Notes: generated by a model from the sequence alone, not told the origin. A stretch of 55,712 bases of DNA from an uncultured Gammaproteobacteria bacterium (GCA_964361785.1 CAYIBX010000004.1:1-55712); one strand, 5' to 3'. Shown: positions 37,823-46,175, numbered from the stretch's first letter. A program made the numbers and translations.

Positions 37823-38170
37823 GATCGGTACATTAGGCGAAGATATCGCCTGCGTGTTTCTTTCTCATAAAGGGTACCAAATCCTCCAACGTAACTTTAA
37901 AGCCCGATATGGCGAATTAGATATTATCGCACTAGATGGCAAAGCACTTGTGTTTATTGAAGTGAAAACACGACAAATTTATTATTTGGGACACCAGAGG
38001 AAGCGATTACTCCACGCAAACTTCATGAACTTATTCAAACAGCGCAGTATTATGTAGTCATCCATCCCGAGCTTCCCAAACTCATGCGTATTGATGTTAT
38101 TGGCATTATGATGGATGAGATAACTGAAGAAGTACAACGGATTACTCACACAGAAAATATTATGTCGTAG
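37797..38170 (+). pseudogene. yraN: YraN (UPF0102) family endonuclease, reading frame interrupted (1 nt missing near 37974-37980)
   Basis: Frame 1 encodes …GEDIACVFLSHKGYQILQRNFKARYGELDIIALDGKALVFIEVKTR. The conserved continuation GTPEEAITPRKLHELIQTAQYYV…MRIDVIGI…* is in the -1 frame and ends at 38170. Total length is 374 nt (3n-1). The junction lies in an A3T3 run. Confidence 0.7.
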
Positions 38171-38179
38171 TATATATGA

Positions 38180-38815
38180 TTACGATAATTTATATTCAGG
38201 GCAAAGGTCGCCCAACGGACAATGGTCGCACGTGTGAGGCCTTGCCGTGCATACATAGCGGCCGTGAAGAGTGAGAAGCTGTCCAAAATCTATCCATTTG
38301 TCTTTCGGTATGAGTTTCATGAGATCCTGTTCTATTTTTACCGGATCTTTATTTGTTGTGAGGCCTAATTTGTTGGACAATCGAATGCCGTGTGTGTCGA
38401 TCACAATTCCCGATGCAATGCTAAAGACACTTCCTAATACCACGTTTGCGGTTTTTCTGGCAACTCCTGGCAATGCGTCAAGCTCATCCATGGTCTGGGG
38501 AACGACTCCACCATATTTTTCTATAATCATTTCGGCAGAGGTATGGATATTTTTGGCTTTGTTGGGGTGAAAATTTATTTTTGTGATCATAGAGTCAATG
38601 TCTTCGATTGACGCATCGGCAAATGATTGAATAGTTTTGTATGCAACAAAGAGTGCTGGAGTCACCGTATTGACAAGTTTGTCGGTACATTGCGCTGAGA
38701 GTATAGTGGCGACGAGTAGCTCAAATGGAGTCGTAAAGTGAAGTTCGACTTTGGGGTGCGGATTGGCTTTATAAAGCCTTTTCATGATCTCTAATGCTTT
38801 TTCTTGTGTAGTCAT
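38180..38815 (-). CDS. nth: endonuclease III (HhH-GPD DNA glycosylase with 4Fe-4S cluster loop)
   Basis: HhH-GPD region LDALPGVARKTANVVLG and FeS loop C-x6-C-x2-C-x5-C (CTARPHTCDHCPLGDLC). The ATG at 38815 avoids overlap with the upstream gene. The track ORF extends to 38848. Confidence 0.9.
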   Translation of the reverse strand: MTTQEKALEIMKRLYKANPHPKVELHFTTPFELLVATILSAQCTDKLVNTVTPALFVAYKTIQSFADASIEDIDSMITKINFHPNKAKNIHTSAEMIIEKYGGVVPQTMDELDALPGVARKTANVVLGSVFSIASGIVIDTHGIRLSNKLGLTTNKDPVKIEQDLMKLIPKDKWIDFGQLLTLHGRYVCTARPHTCDHCPLGDLCPEYKLS

Positions 38816-38822
38816 GTATGTA

Positions 38823-39500
38823 TTATAACTTAAGTGTATGTCCTTCACGCCGAAGCCATGCGCGGGCTTCTTTAAAATTTGGATAATACATACTTACTAA
38901 ATTCCAAAATGCTTTTGCATGATTATGGTGCACAGTGTGTGCCAATTCATGAATGACAACATAATCGATGATAGGTGGCTCGGCGAAAATAAGTCTATAG
39001 GAAAAACTAATCGTTCCCGTACTGCTGCATGAGCCCCATCTACTGGATGTATTGCGGATAGTTATCTTTTTATATGATACGTTCATTTTTTGGGCATAGA
39101 AACTTATTCGGGAAGCCAGATATTTTTTGGTAAACGATCGGATCCAGAGTTCCATATGGTGTTTTGCATGACGCAAAAATTTTTTAGGAAAAAATATTCG
39201 TGATCCGAGGATCGCAATTGCGTTGCCTTCTGTAATATGAAGCGTATAGGGAACTCCTGCAAGTCGAAACACAGAACCTTGATGATACTGAACTTTAGCG
39301 ACGTGTTTTCTGTTTCGCAATGCGTGTTTTGTTTTAATAATCCAATCACGCTTCGACGCTACAAAACGATTGATGAAAAACTTCGGCATAAGATAGGGAG
39401 CTCTCACTTCCAATTTTCCATCTTCTATTATATGAAGCCCTATTGAACGTCGCGATCCGCGTTTGAGTATATCGATTGTCAATGTGTTGTTGCCCACCAT
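38823..39500 (-). CDS. DUF45/YgjP-like (M48-related, SprT-like) zinc metallopeptidase
   Basis: WGSCSSTGTISFSYRLI…DYVVIHELAHTVHHNH (HExxH). The start is placed at the ATG at 39500 (MVGNNTLTIDILKRG…). The first 89 codons of the 314-aa track ORF overlap another ORF and look non-coding. Confidence 0.75.
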   Translation of the reverse strand: MVGNNTLTIDILKRGSRRSIGLHIIEDGKLEVRAPYLMPKFFINRFVASKRDWIIKTKHALRNRKHVAKVQYHQGSVFRLAGVPYTLHITEGNAIAILGSRIFFPKKFLRHAKHHMELWIRSFTKKYLASRISFYAQKMNVSYKKITIRNTSSRWGSCSSTGTISFSYRLIFAEPPIIDYVVIHELAHTVHHNHAKAFWNLVSMYYPNFKEARAWLRREGHTLKL

Positions 39501-39534
39501 GAATACAATAATAACAAAGTAACGGGCCAGCTGA

Positions 39535-39882
39535 TTATATGAATGCAACTTGAAGTTTAAGTTCACGCGTAATTGATCGAAGTTCCCATGGTTCTTTGAC
39601 AAAGCGTCTTGTTTTATCATTATCTCGATCTGTAAAATAACTAAAGGCACACGTACCATCAGCAAACCTCCAAAAAGTAATATTTCGTGATTGTTCCATA
39701 GATTCAAATTGTAAACGAATATGGTTAATTCCATATATAAATTCATCTCCAAAATTATTAACTGCAAAATGAAATGATACAGAGCCTGGAAAAGATCGTA
39801 ATCTTCTGGGCTTCGGAGAATATTCTCTTGAGGGATTTCTTATAAAGACAGCCTGATTTTCATAAGTTACAAATTCGCTCAT
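39535..39882 (-). CDS. hypothetical protein
   Basis: 115-aa ORF with no recognisable motif, located between tRNA-Lys and the DUF45 peptidase on the same strand. Confidence 0.45.
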   Translation of the reverse strand: MSEFVTYENQAVFIRNPSREYSPKPRRLRSFPGSVSFHFAVNNFGDEFIYGINHIRLQFESMEQSRNITFWRFADGTCAFSYFTDRDNDKTRRFVKEPWELRSITRELKLQVAFI

Positions 39883-39933
39883 GTTTTTGATGGATGGCAG
39901 AATTGTATTATTGTTGGTTTTTCTTTATTATTG

Positions 39934-40005
39934 TGGGTCGGCTGGGGATCGAACCCAGAACCAATTGCTTAAAAGGCAATTGCTCTACCATTGAGCTACC
40001 GACCC
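39934..40005 (-). tRNA. tRNA-Lys (anticodon UUU)
   Basis: GGGTCGG/CCGACCC acceptor, GCTC-AATGGTA-GAGC D arm, ATTGC-CTTTTAA-GCAAT anticodon arm, CTGGG-TTCGATC-CCCAG T arm, discriminator A. Confidence 0.9.
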
Positions 40006-40067
40006 ATGTATTATTTCAACAAATTATATTATAGCAAATTTGATACGGATCTAATAGCTTCCTGTTC

Positions 40068-40099
40068 TTTGTACCAGTGTATTAATACACTGGTACAAA
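40068..40099. repeat. 32-bp perfect palindrome in the divergent tRNA-Lys / P-type ATPase intergenic region
   Basis: TTTGTACCAGTGTATT|AATACACTGGTACAAA with no mismatch. It lies 52 nt upstream of the ATPase ATG. Confidence 0.9.
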
Positions 40100-40150
40100 A
40101 GTAACAGTATGAGTAGAAAGAACGATTATTTGATATGATGGAATTCTTCT

Positions 40151-42697
40151 ATGATAAAAGCAAAGATCAATACTGGCCTTACAACTGCTGAAGTTGCCAA
40201 TCGACTTTTGCAATTTGGACCAAACTCTTTTCCAGAACCGACGTCACCCAGCCTTCTTTTTCGTTTTCTTTCACAATTTCATAACGCACTGATGCTTCTT
40301 CTTTTGGGAGCTGGCGTCGTGTCGCTTCTTATCGGAGAAACCCTTGATGCTACATTTATTCTCGCTATAGTCTTCGTGAATGCTTCATTTGGCGTGTTTC
40401 AGGAATATAAAGCAGAGCGTGTCTTATCCGCGTTAAAGACTCTCACTATAACTATGGTACGGGTTTTTCGAGATGGGAAAGAGACAAAAATTGATAGTAA
40501 GGGTCTTGTTCCTGACGATATCATCGTGCTTGAAGAGGGGGATAAAATTCCTGCTGATTGTTTGATGGTTGAAGCTTTTCATGTCGAAGTAAATGAGTCA
40601 GCTCTTACTGGTGAGTCAATGCCTGTTTCTAAATCTACAGCTGGTGATGATGCGTCACAATTATTTTTAGGGACAACGATTGAGCATGGACGTGCTATTT
40701 CTAAAGTAACAAAAACTGGAATTTCTACAAAATTTGGTTCGATTGCTGCGACGCTCGCGTCCATGAAAACGACGAATACACCACTTCAGGTGAAGCTTGA
40801 AGCCTTTACTAAACGTATCGGTTTCGTTGGCATTATAGCTGCTGTACTTGTATTTATTTTGTCTTTTTCTAAAGGTCACGGTGTACTTGAGAGTTTTCTT
40901 TTTGCCATTAGTTTGGCAATTGCTGCGGTGCCAGAAGGACTTCCCGCCGTGATGACAATAGTATTGGCTCTTGGTGTCGAGCGAATGGCAAAGCGGGGAG
41001 CTATAGTACGCAGGTTAGCGGCCATTGAGACATTAGGATCAGTGACTGTGGTGGCGACTGATAAGACGGGGACGATTACGACCAATAACATGGCGGTTAA
41101 AAAGATTTGGATAGATGGTTTGACTTTTGGATTTCATGATAAAAAAGCTGTTTCTCATGAGGTAGGATCGTTGCTTTTGACGTGCGGAATCGTTTGTTCC
41201 ACCGCATCTCTTGCTCAATCGATAGATGACAAAAGTGAGCCAGTTGTTATCGGCGATACGACAGAAGGAGCAATACTTCTCTATGGTCATGCACACGGGA
41301 TAGACCCAAAAACTATTCGATCAGAATGGATAAGACACGACGAAATATCTTTTAGTTCAATAACCAAGCGTATGTCTGTTGTCGTGTCAAAAAATAAGAA
41401 GCGATTTTTTTTTACAAAAGGCGCCCCAGAGTCTGTGCTCTCAATTTGTACAAAAATTGCGCATGCTAATAAAACTGTACCATTTACGAAAGAAAAAAGA
41501 GATGAAATGTTGAGAGATTTTGAAACCTTTGCACGTCTTGGACTTCGTATGATGGCTTTTTCATACAAGCAGGATGGCGATATGAAAAACATTGAATCAG
41601 GACAAGTATTTTTAGGTTTTGTCGGTATTGCGGATCCGGTTCGCAACGAAGTGCCAAAGGCAGTAGAGAGTGCTAGAAGAGCCGGTATTCGAACACTTAT
41701 GATTACCGGAGATAATGCACTTACGGCTGAGGCGATTGGGATAGAAAGTGGAATTATTACCAAAGGAGATACGATTATTTCTTCTGACCAAATTCATTCA
41801 ATTTCAGATAAGGAATTATCAGAACTACTTCTAAAGGTTCACGTTTATGCTCGTATGGCACCTGATGACAAATTGCGCATTGTTCGATTGCTTCAAGAGG
41901 CTGGGGAAACTGTTGCAGTGACAGGAGATGGTGTCAACGATGTGTTGGCGCTTAAAAAAGCAGATATAGGTATTGCGATGGGGAAAACGGGCAGTGATGT
42001 CTCTAAAGAAACCGCGGATATGGTAATTACTGATGATAACTTTGCAACCATTATTCATGCAGTAGAAGAGGGGCGATCTATTTTTCGTCAGATCAAAAAT
42101 GCAATCATGTATCTTTTAGCATGTAATTTCGGTGAAGTGCTCTATATTCTTCCTGCTACATTCTTTAGCCTCCCTGTACTTACACCTTTACAAATTTTAT
42201 ATATGAATATCGTGACTGACGGCTTACCTGCGATATCTTTAGCATTCAACGGTCGGGATCCGCGGGTGATGAGTGAAAAACCACGAAAGGGCATATCTAT
42301 ACTGGAAATTCATGATACTCGCTATATCGTAATATTAGGAATTGCTACCGCGGCTTTTGGATTTATCAGTATTTTCATGGGAGATTTAGGGTCGGCTACA
42401 CTTCTTGTGCGTACGACTGCAGTATTTACCGTCATTATGCTGGTACAGCATTTTATCCTTATGGATATTTGGTTTGTTTTGGCCAAAGCGAGAAAAACGA
42501 TGAGTATACTCATGCATCCGGTGTTTTTGGCTGCCGTACTCCTTCCGTTTATTATATATCCATTTATGCTCTATGTTCCCTCCATCGCGAAAGTGTTTGA
42601 GACCGCGCCGCTTTCGGTAGCACACCTTAGCCAGCTTATTTTGCTGTCACTTGGTGTGTTTATGGTGACGTGGGGACTGCGGCGGGTAAAAAAGTAG
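40151..42697 (+). CDS. cation-transporting P-type ATPase, type II (Ca2+/Mg2+, SERCA/PMCA-like)
   Basis: TGES, DKTGTITTN phosphorylation site, MITGDN, and the GDGVNDVLALKKADIGIAMG hinge. 10 TM pattern. No CPC or HMA motifs. Confidence 0.9.
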   Translation: MIKAKINTGLTTAEVANRLLQFGPNSFPEPTSPSLLFRFLSQFHNALMLLLLGAGVVSLLIGETLDATFILAIVFVNASFGVFQEYKAERVLSALKTLTITMVRVFRDGKETKIDSKGLVPDDIIVLEEGDKIPADCLMVEAFHVEVNESALTGESMPVSKSTAGDDASQLFLGTTIEHGRAISKVTKTGISTKFGSIAATLASMKTTNTPLQVKLEAFTKRIGFVGIIAAVLVFILSFSKGHGVLESFLFAISLAIAAVPEGLPAVMTIVLALGVERMAKRGAIVRRLAAIETLGSVTVVATDKTGTITTNNMAVKKIWIDGLTFGFHDKKAVSHEVGSLLLTCGIVCSTASLAQSIDDKSEPVVIGDTTEGAILLYGHAHGIDPKTIRSEWIRHDEISFSSITKRMSVVVSKNKKRFFFTKGAPESVLSICTKIAHANKTVPFTKEKRDEMLRDFETFARLGLRMMAFSYKQDGDMKNIESGQVFLGFVGIADPVRNEVPKAVESARRAGIRTLMITGDNALTAEAIGIESGIITKGDTIISSDQIHSISDKELSELLLKVHVYARMAPDDKLRIVRLLQEAGETVAVTGDGVNDVLALKKADIGIAMGKTGSDVSKETADMVITDDNFATIIHAVEEGRSIFRQIKNAIMYLLACNFGEVLYILPATFFSLPVLTPLQILYMNIVTDGLPAISLAFNGRDPRVMSEKPRKGISILEIHDTRYIVILGIATAAFGFISIFMGDLGSATLLVRTTAVFTVIMLVQHFILMDIWFVLAKARKTMSILMHPVFLAAVLLPFIIYPFMLYVPSIAKVFETAPLSVAHLSQLILLSLGVFMVTWGLRRVKK

Positions 42698-42700
42698 GTG

Positions 42701-43612
42701 CTACAACGTTTTTTCTATTCGATATACAGCAACGTCTTTGCCCCCGAGTTCATATTTATATCTCTCTTGACCCTGAAGAAAGTTATATTCCGTGTAATTG
42801 TTTTCAATAGCCCAAAGTATCATTTTTGCCTTAAGGTAAAATCCTGCTCCTTTATAGGTAGCATCAAACCCTGAGTTATAGAGAAGTAGTGTCCGATCTA
42901 CCACAAAAAGAATTACCGAGGCGGCTAAAGATCCCTCTTTGGTAGAAAGATTACCTTGAAGTATTTGTATGTTTGGTAATGTTGGCAGAGACCTAAAAAA
43001 CAGATCCATATCGTTTGTTAGAAATATTTTTTTGTCGTCTGATTGCTTCATAAGCATGAGTAGTACGTTGATATTTATTTCCTTTTTTACCGAAAAATTG
43101 ATATCAGGATATGAGAGTTCAAACTTGTTGATTTTTCTTCGGAATTCATGTCTATTTTTGCGATCGAGGGATTGGAAATAGTCTGTCTCGGTCTTTGGAA
43201 GAAGGATAGTTGGGGTCATATCTTCGTTTGTGACGAAGCCACCAAGTTTTTGTAAAATATCTTTGGTTGGAGAACTTGCTGGCACATTTCTTAAAATTAT
43301 ACGTTCTACATCTTGATCTTTTAAATATGAGAGAAGTTCTTGCCAAAATAGTTGTTTGTTGTTCGTATCCCCAATGCAATCTAGGTAATCAGCAATTTCT
43401 TCTCCACCGGAAAAATGTATTTCATTGTTGGTTATTACAAATGGGACGAGCACGTCGTCCGTATAGTGCACAAGAACGTGTGAGGTTGGTGCAAGTATTT
43501 TTTTCCACGCCATGTGCCAGCTGTAGGTATAAAATGGATAGACGATGGCTTCTTTCGCAAGAATATTATTCCAGATGTTTTCACATTCTTCCAATGGTAG
43601 AGTTTTGATCAT
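42701..43612 (-). CDS. GNAT-fold acetyltransferase, FemAB/CelD-like (Acetyltransf_6 type)
   Basis: The C-terminal LLLYNSGFDATYKGAGFYLKAKMILWAIENNYTEYNFLQGQERYKYELGG matches the CelD/BioF2-like GNAT pattern (…YK..wG). Confidence 0.6.
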   Translation of the reverse strand: MIKTLPLEECENIWNNILAKEAIVYPFYTYSWHMAWKKILAPTSHVLVHYTDDVLVPFVITNNEIHFSGGEEIADYLDCIGDTNNKQLFWQELLSYLKDQDVERIILRNVPASSPTKDILQKLGGFVTNEDMTPTILLPKTETDYFQSLDRKNRHEFRRKINKFELSYPDINFSVKKEININVLLMLMKQSDDKKIFLTNDMDLFFRSLPTLPNIQILQGNLSTKEGSLAASVILFVVDRTLLLYNSGFDATYKGAGFYLKAKMILWAIENNYTEYNFLQGQERYKYELGGKDVAVYRIEKTL

Positions 43613-43618
43613 ACAGGT

Positions 43619-43626
43619 ATTATAAT
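43619..43626. promoter_or_regulatory. palindromic ATTATAAT that can act as a -10 box for both divergent genes
   Basis: 21-bp intergenic region. Plus strand: TATAAT-N7-ATG(43634). Minus strand: TATAAT-N6-ATG(43612). Confidence 0.4.
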
Positions 43627-43633
43627 CCTAAAT

Positions 43634-44311
43634 ATGAGAAAGACGGTACTCTGTGTCATTGCACATCCTGACGACGAAGCGTTTGGTCCATCAGGAACAC
43701 TTGCAAAGTTAGCGGTCAATCATGATGTCCATATCGTGTGTGTGACGGATGGAGCGAGTGATCCGCGGTTTCATGCTATCGGAGGCAAAAAGTTGTCGGA
43801 CTTGCGTGTTGAGGAGCTTCATGCGTCTGCCGTAGTGATTGGCGCAAAAAAAGTACATCTATTACATTTTCAGGACGGAACGCTCAATAACAATATCTAC
43901 CATGAAGTCGCAGAGAAACTCACGGTACTTGTGAAGCAGTACAAACCATCATTGCTTATTACCACCGAGCTTCGCGGAGTGTCAGGGCACTTGGATCACG
44001 TAGCAGTTGCGATGATCACAAGTTACGTGTACAGGAAGAATCGTTCTATTGATGCAATTTGGTACAACTGTGTAAGCAAAAGCAGCAGCAGCTTGATGAA
44101 AAACTATTTTGTTTTTTTTCCGGAAGGATTTGATAAGAATGATGTGGATTTAGTGGTGAATATACGATCTGTATTTAGTAAAAAAATTGCCGCGGCTCTG
44201 TGTCATAAGACGCAGATGAAAGATGCACTGCGGGTGATTGCAAAGTGGCTCATATCTCCTAGAGAAGAATGGTTTTTTGTAACTAAGAGAACTTCTTTTG
44301 CTTTTTTATAA
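43634..44311 (+). CDS. PIG-L/LmbE family N-acetylglucosaminyl deacetylase
   Basis: VLCVIAHPDDEAFG motif, a later HLDH motif, and a conserved H in AALCHKTQ. Confidence 0.85.
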   Translation: MRKTVLCVIAHPDDEAFGPSGTLAKLAVNHDVHIVCVTDGASDPRFHAIGGKKLSDLRVEELHASAVVIGAKKVHLLHFQDGTLNNNIYHEVAEKLTVLVKQYKPSLLITTELRGVSGHLDHVAVAMITSYVYRKNRSIDAIWYNCVSKSSSSLMKNYFVFFPEGFDKNDVDLVVNIRSVFSKKIAAALCHKTQMKDALRVIAKWLISPREEWFFVTKRTSFAFL

Positions 44312-44705
44312 GTTTTGCTGTGTAGACGATTTCGCGTATTTCACCGTCTTCTCCCTCAATTTCTGATTGTCCTGTCATACGTTGATACTCCCGAAGATAT
44401 TCGGATAGTCCAAGATTAGCTTCTTTGATCTCAAATGAGAGTTCTTTTGCTTTTTCTGCGATATTTCTGGTCGCTTGATTTTGCATGACATTGAGTTTGG
44501 CCTTCCCTTTTTCTTTGGCCAGCTCTTTAACTTTCAAGTCTGCCTCCCTGTACGTTTCATCGTTTGTCAGTGCGCTGTCTATCATTTCCTTATATTTTTT
44601 GAGCTCTTCTTTATTGCGATCGACCGTTGAAATCGTATTTTTGATCATCGATTCAAGCTCGAGAATTGTGTTGGCCGCTTGTGCTCCGTCATTTGTAGTA
44701 TCCAT
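44283..44705 (-). CDS. hypothetical coiled-coil protein
   Basis: 140 aa, highly charged with a heptad-like K/E-rich sequence. Its 3' end overlaps the PIG-L gene by 29 nt. Confidence 0.5.
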   Translation of the reverse strand: MDTTNDGAQAANTILELESMIKNTISTVDRNKEELKKYKEMIDSALTNDETYREADLKVKELAKEKGKAKLNVMQNQATRNIAEKAKELSFEIKEANLGLSEYLREYQRMTGQSEIEGEDGEIREIVYTAKLIKKQKKFS

Positions 44706-44753
44706 ATCTAATTATTAAACAAAAAATGACGGTATGAGTGCAAGGGGGAAAAC

Positions 44754-45098
44754 GTGTACACTGAATATATGGAAATGTGTCCAGCGTGTCATACAACGGT
44801 GAAAAATACCGATTATTTTTGCTTTAACTGCGGGAAGAATTTACATGAGAAGCCGCCGTCAATAAGCATATTCGATCAAGCGCTTCTTTATGCAAAGTGT
44901 ATATTTTTGCCCCCTATGGGTTTTATATGGGGATGTAAGTATTTAAAGCAGTCAGATCAGCGCACGCGAATCGTCGGCCTTGTCGCATACGCGATTACGG
45001 TAATCGTTTTCATATGGGCGACAGCGTATACGATGAATGTTTTCAATACAGTAAGCAAACAAGTAAACACGCAATTTGAAGGTGTTGGAGGATTTTAG
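44754..45098 (+). CDS. zinc-ribbon membrane protein
   Basis: CPACH…CFNCG ribbon followed by two hydrophobic segments. The GTG at 44754 is preceded by a GGGGGA SD. An alternative ATG lies at 44769. Confidence 0.55.
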   Translation: MYTEYMEMCPACHTTVKNTDYFCFNCGKNLHEKPPSISIFDQALLYAKCIFLPPMGFIWGCKYLKQSDQRTRIVGLVAYAITVIVFIWATAYTMNVFNTVSKQVNTQFEGVGGF

Positions 45099-45110
45099 TA
45101 TGTGAATGTC

Positions 45111-45150
45111 ACTACAACTTTTTTACGCTATAGCGTAAAAAAGTTGTAGT
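45111..45150. repeat. 40-bp perfect palindrome downstream of the zinc-ribbon gene and upstream of the aldolase operon
   Basis: ACTACAACTTTTTTACGCTA|TAGCGTAAAAAAGTTGTAGT with no mismatch. It starts 13 nt after the stop at 45098. Confidence 0.9.
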
Positions 45151-45259
45151 AAACTATATGAGTATTAATAAAAAGTATAGATAAGATTATAAGTGGCGTT
45201 GACAAATTGGGCGTAGTATACGATGATTTTAGGACGTAGATTTAGTGAAAGGAGACGTT

Positions 45260-46174
45260 ATGAATATCCCACTCTTTGTTCCCGCAGATGTTCCTGAGGC
45301 AAAACGGTTAGAGTATGAAAAGAATATAAAGCTAGCGACCCATGATACGGGTCGACTTATGCTTTTTGCAGGTGATCAGAAGGTAGAGCACATGAATGAT
45401 GATTATTACGGAGACGGAATTGCACCCGACGACGAAAATCCAGAACATATGTTTGAGATCGCAAGTCGAGCGAGTATTGGTGTATTTGCCACACAGTTAG
45501 GATTAGTAGCACGTTATGGCGTCGACTACAAAACTATACCTTATTTGGTGAAATTAAATTCCAAAACTGATTTGGTGAAAAAAGACGTGAGTGACCCAAG
45601 AAGCTTTAGCTGGTATGACGTGGATGACGTCGTCCGATTTAAAGAAACGAGTGGGTTAAATATTTTAGGAGTAGGATACACAGTATATTCTGGAAGCGAA
45701 TTTGAAGGCCAAATGCTTCACGAAGCAGCACAAGCCGTGTTTAAGGCGCATCAACATGGATTATTGAGTGTTCTTTGGATGTATCCAAGAGGAAGATCGG
45801 TCGCTGATGAGAAAGATCCGCATTTAGTCGCCGGAGCCGCAGGTGTGGCGTGTACGTTAGGATCTGACTTTGTAAAGGTAAATTATCCAAAACCTAAAGA
45901 AGGAGATAGAGCTAAAGCATTAAACGAAGCAGTTGTTGCCGCAGGACGTACGAAGCTTATTTGTGCAGGCGGCAGTAGTATGGAGGTCAAAGATTTTTTG
46001 ATAACGCTTCATGAGCAAATTCATGTGTCTGGCACCAGTGGTAATGCGACAGGTAGAAATATTCATCAAAAGCCGCTTGAAGAAGCAGTACGATTTGCCA
46101 ACGCTGTTTCAGCTCTCACATACGATGGCGCATCGGTAGACGCAGCGTATGCTATATATAAAGGAAGTAACTAA
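45260..46174 (+). CDS. class I (DhnA/archaeal-type, DeoC/LacD superfamily) fructose-bisphosphate aldolase
   Basis: …LMLFAGDQKVEH…, the Schiff-base lysine region GSDFVKVNYP, and GRNIHQ. Followed directly by fbp. The ATG at 45260 has an AAAGGAG SD. The track ORF starts at a GTG at 45245. Confidence 0.7.
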   Translation: MNIPLFVPADVPEAKRLEYEKNIKLATHDTGRLMLFAGDQKVEHMNDDYYGDGIAPDDENPEHMFEIASRASIGVFATQLGLVARYGVDYKTIPYLVKLNSKTDLVKKDVSDPRSFSWYDVDDVVRFKETSGLNILGVGYTVYSGSEFEGQMLHEAAQAVFKAHQHGLLSVLWMYPRGRSVADEKDPHLVAGAAGVACTLGSDFVKVNYPKPKEGDRAKALNEAVVAAGRTKLICAGGSSMEVKDFLITLHEQIHVSGTSGNATGRNIHQKPLEEAVRFANAVSALTYDGASVDAAYAIYKGSN

Positions 46175-46175
46175 T

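Noticed and set aside
37970-37990. Programmed -1 ribosomal frameshift in yraN.
   Set aside because: There is no X-XXY-YYZ slippery heptamer in the zero frame and no obvious downstream stimulatory structure. A homopolymer indel or a pseudogene is the simpler explanation.
38823-39767. Full 314-aa track ORF for the DUF45 peptidase.
   Set aside because: The first 89 codons are low-complexity and overlap the 115-aa ORF (39535-39882) in another frame. The conserved DUF45 sequence begins at the internal ATG at 39500.
45199-45227. TTGACA-based promoter for the aldolase operon.
   Set aside because: The -35 hexamer is perfect, but the best -10 at 17-nt spacing is only GATGAT. That is too weak to list as a feature, so it is mentioned only as context for the 40-bp palindrome.
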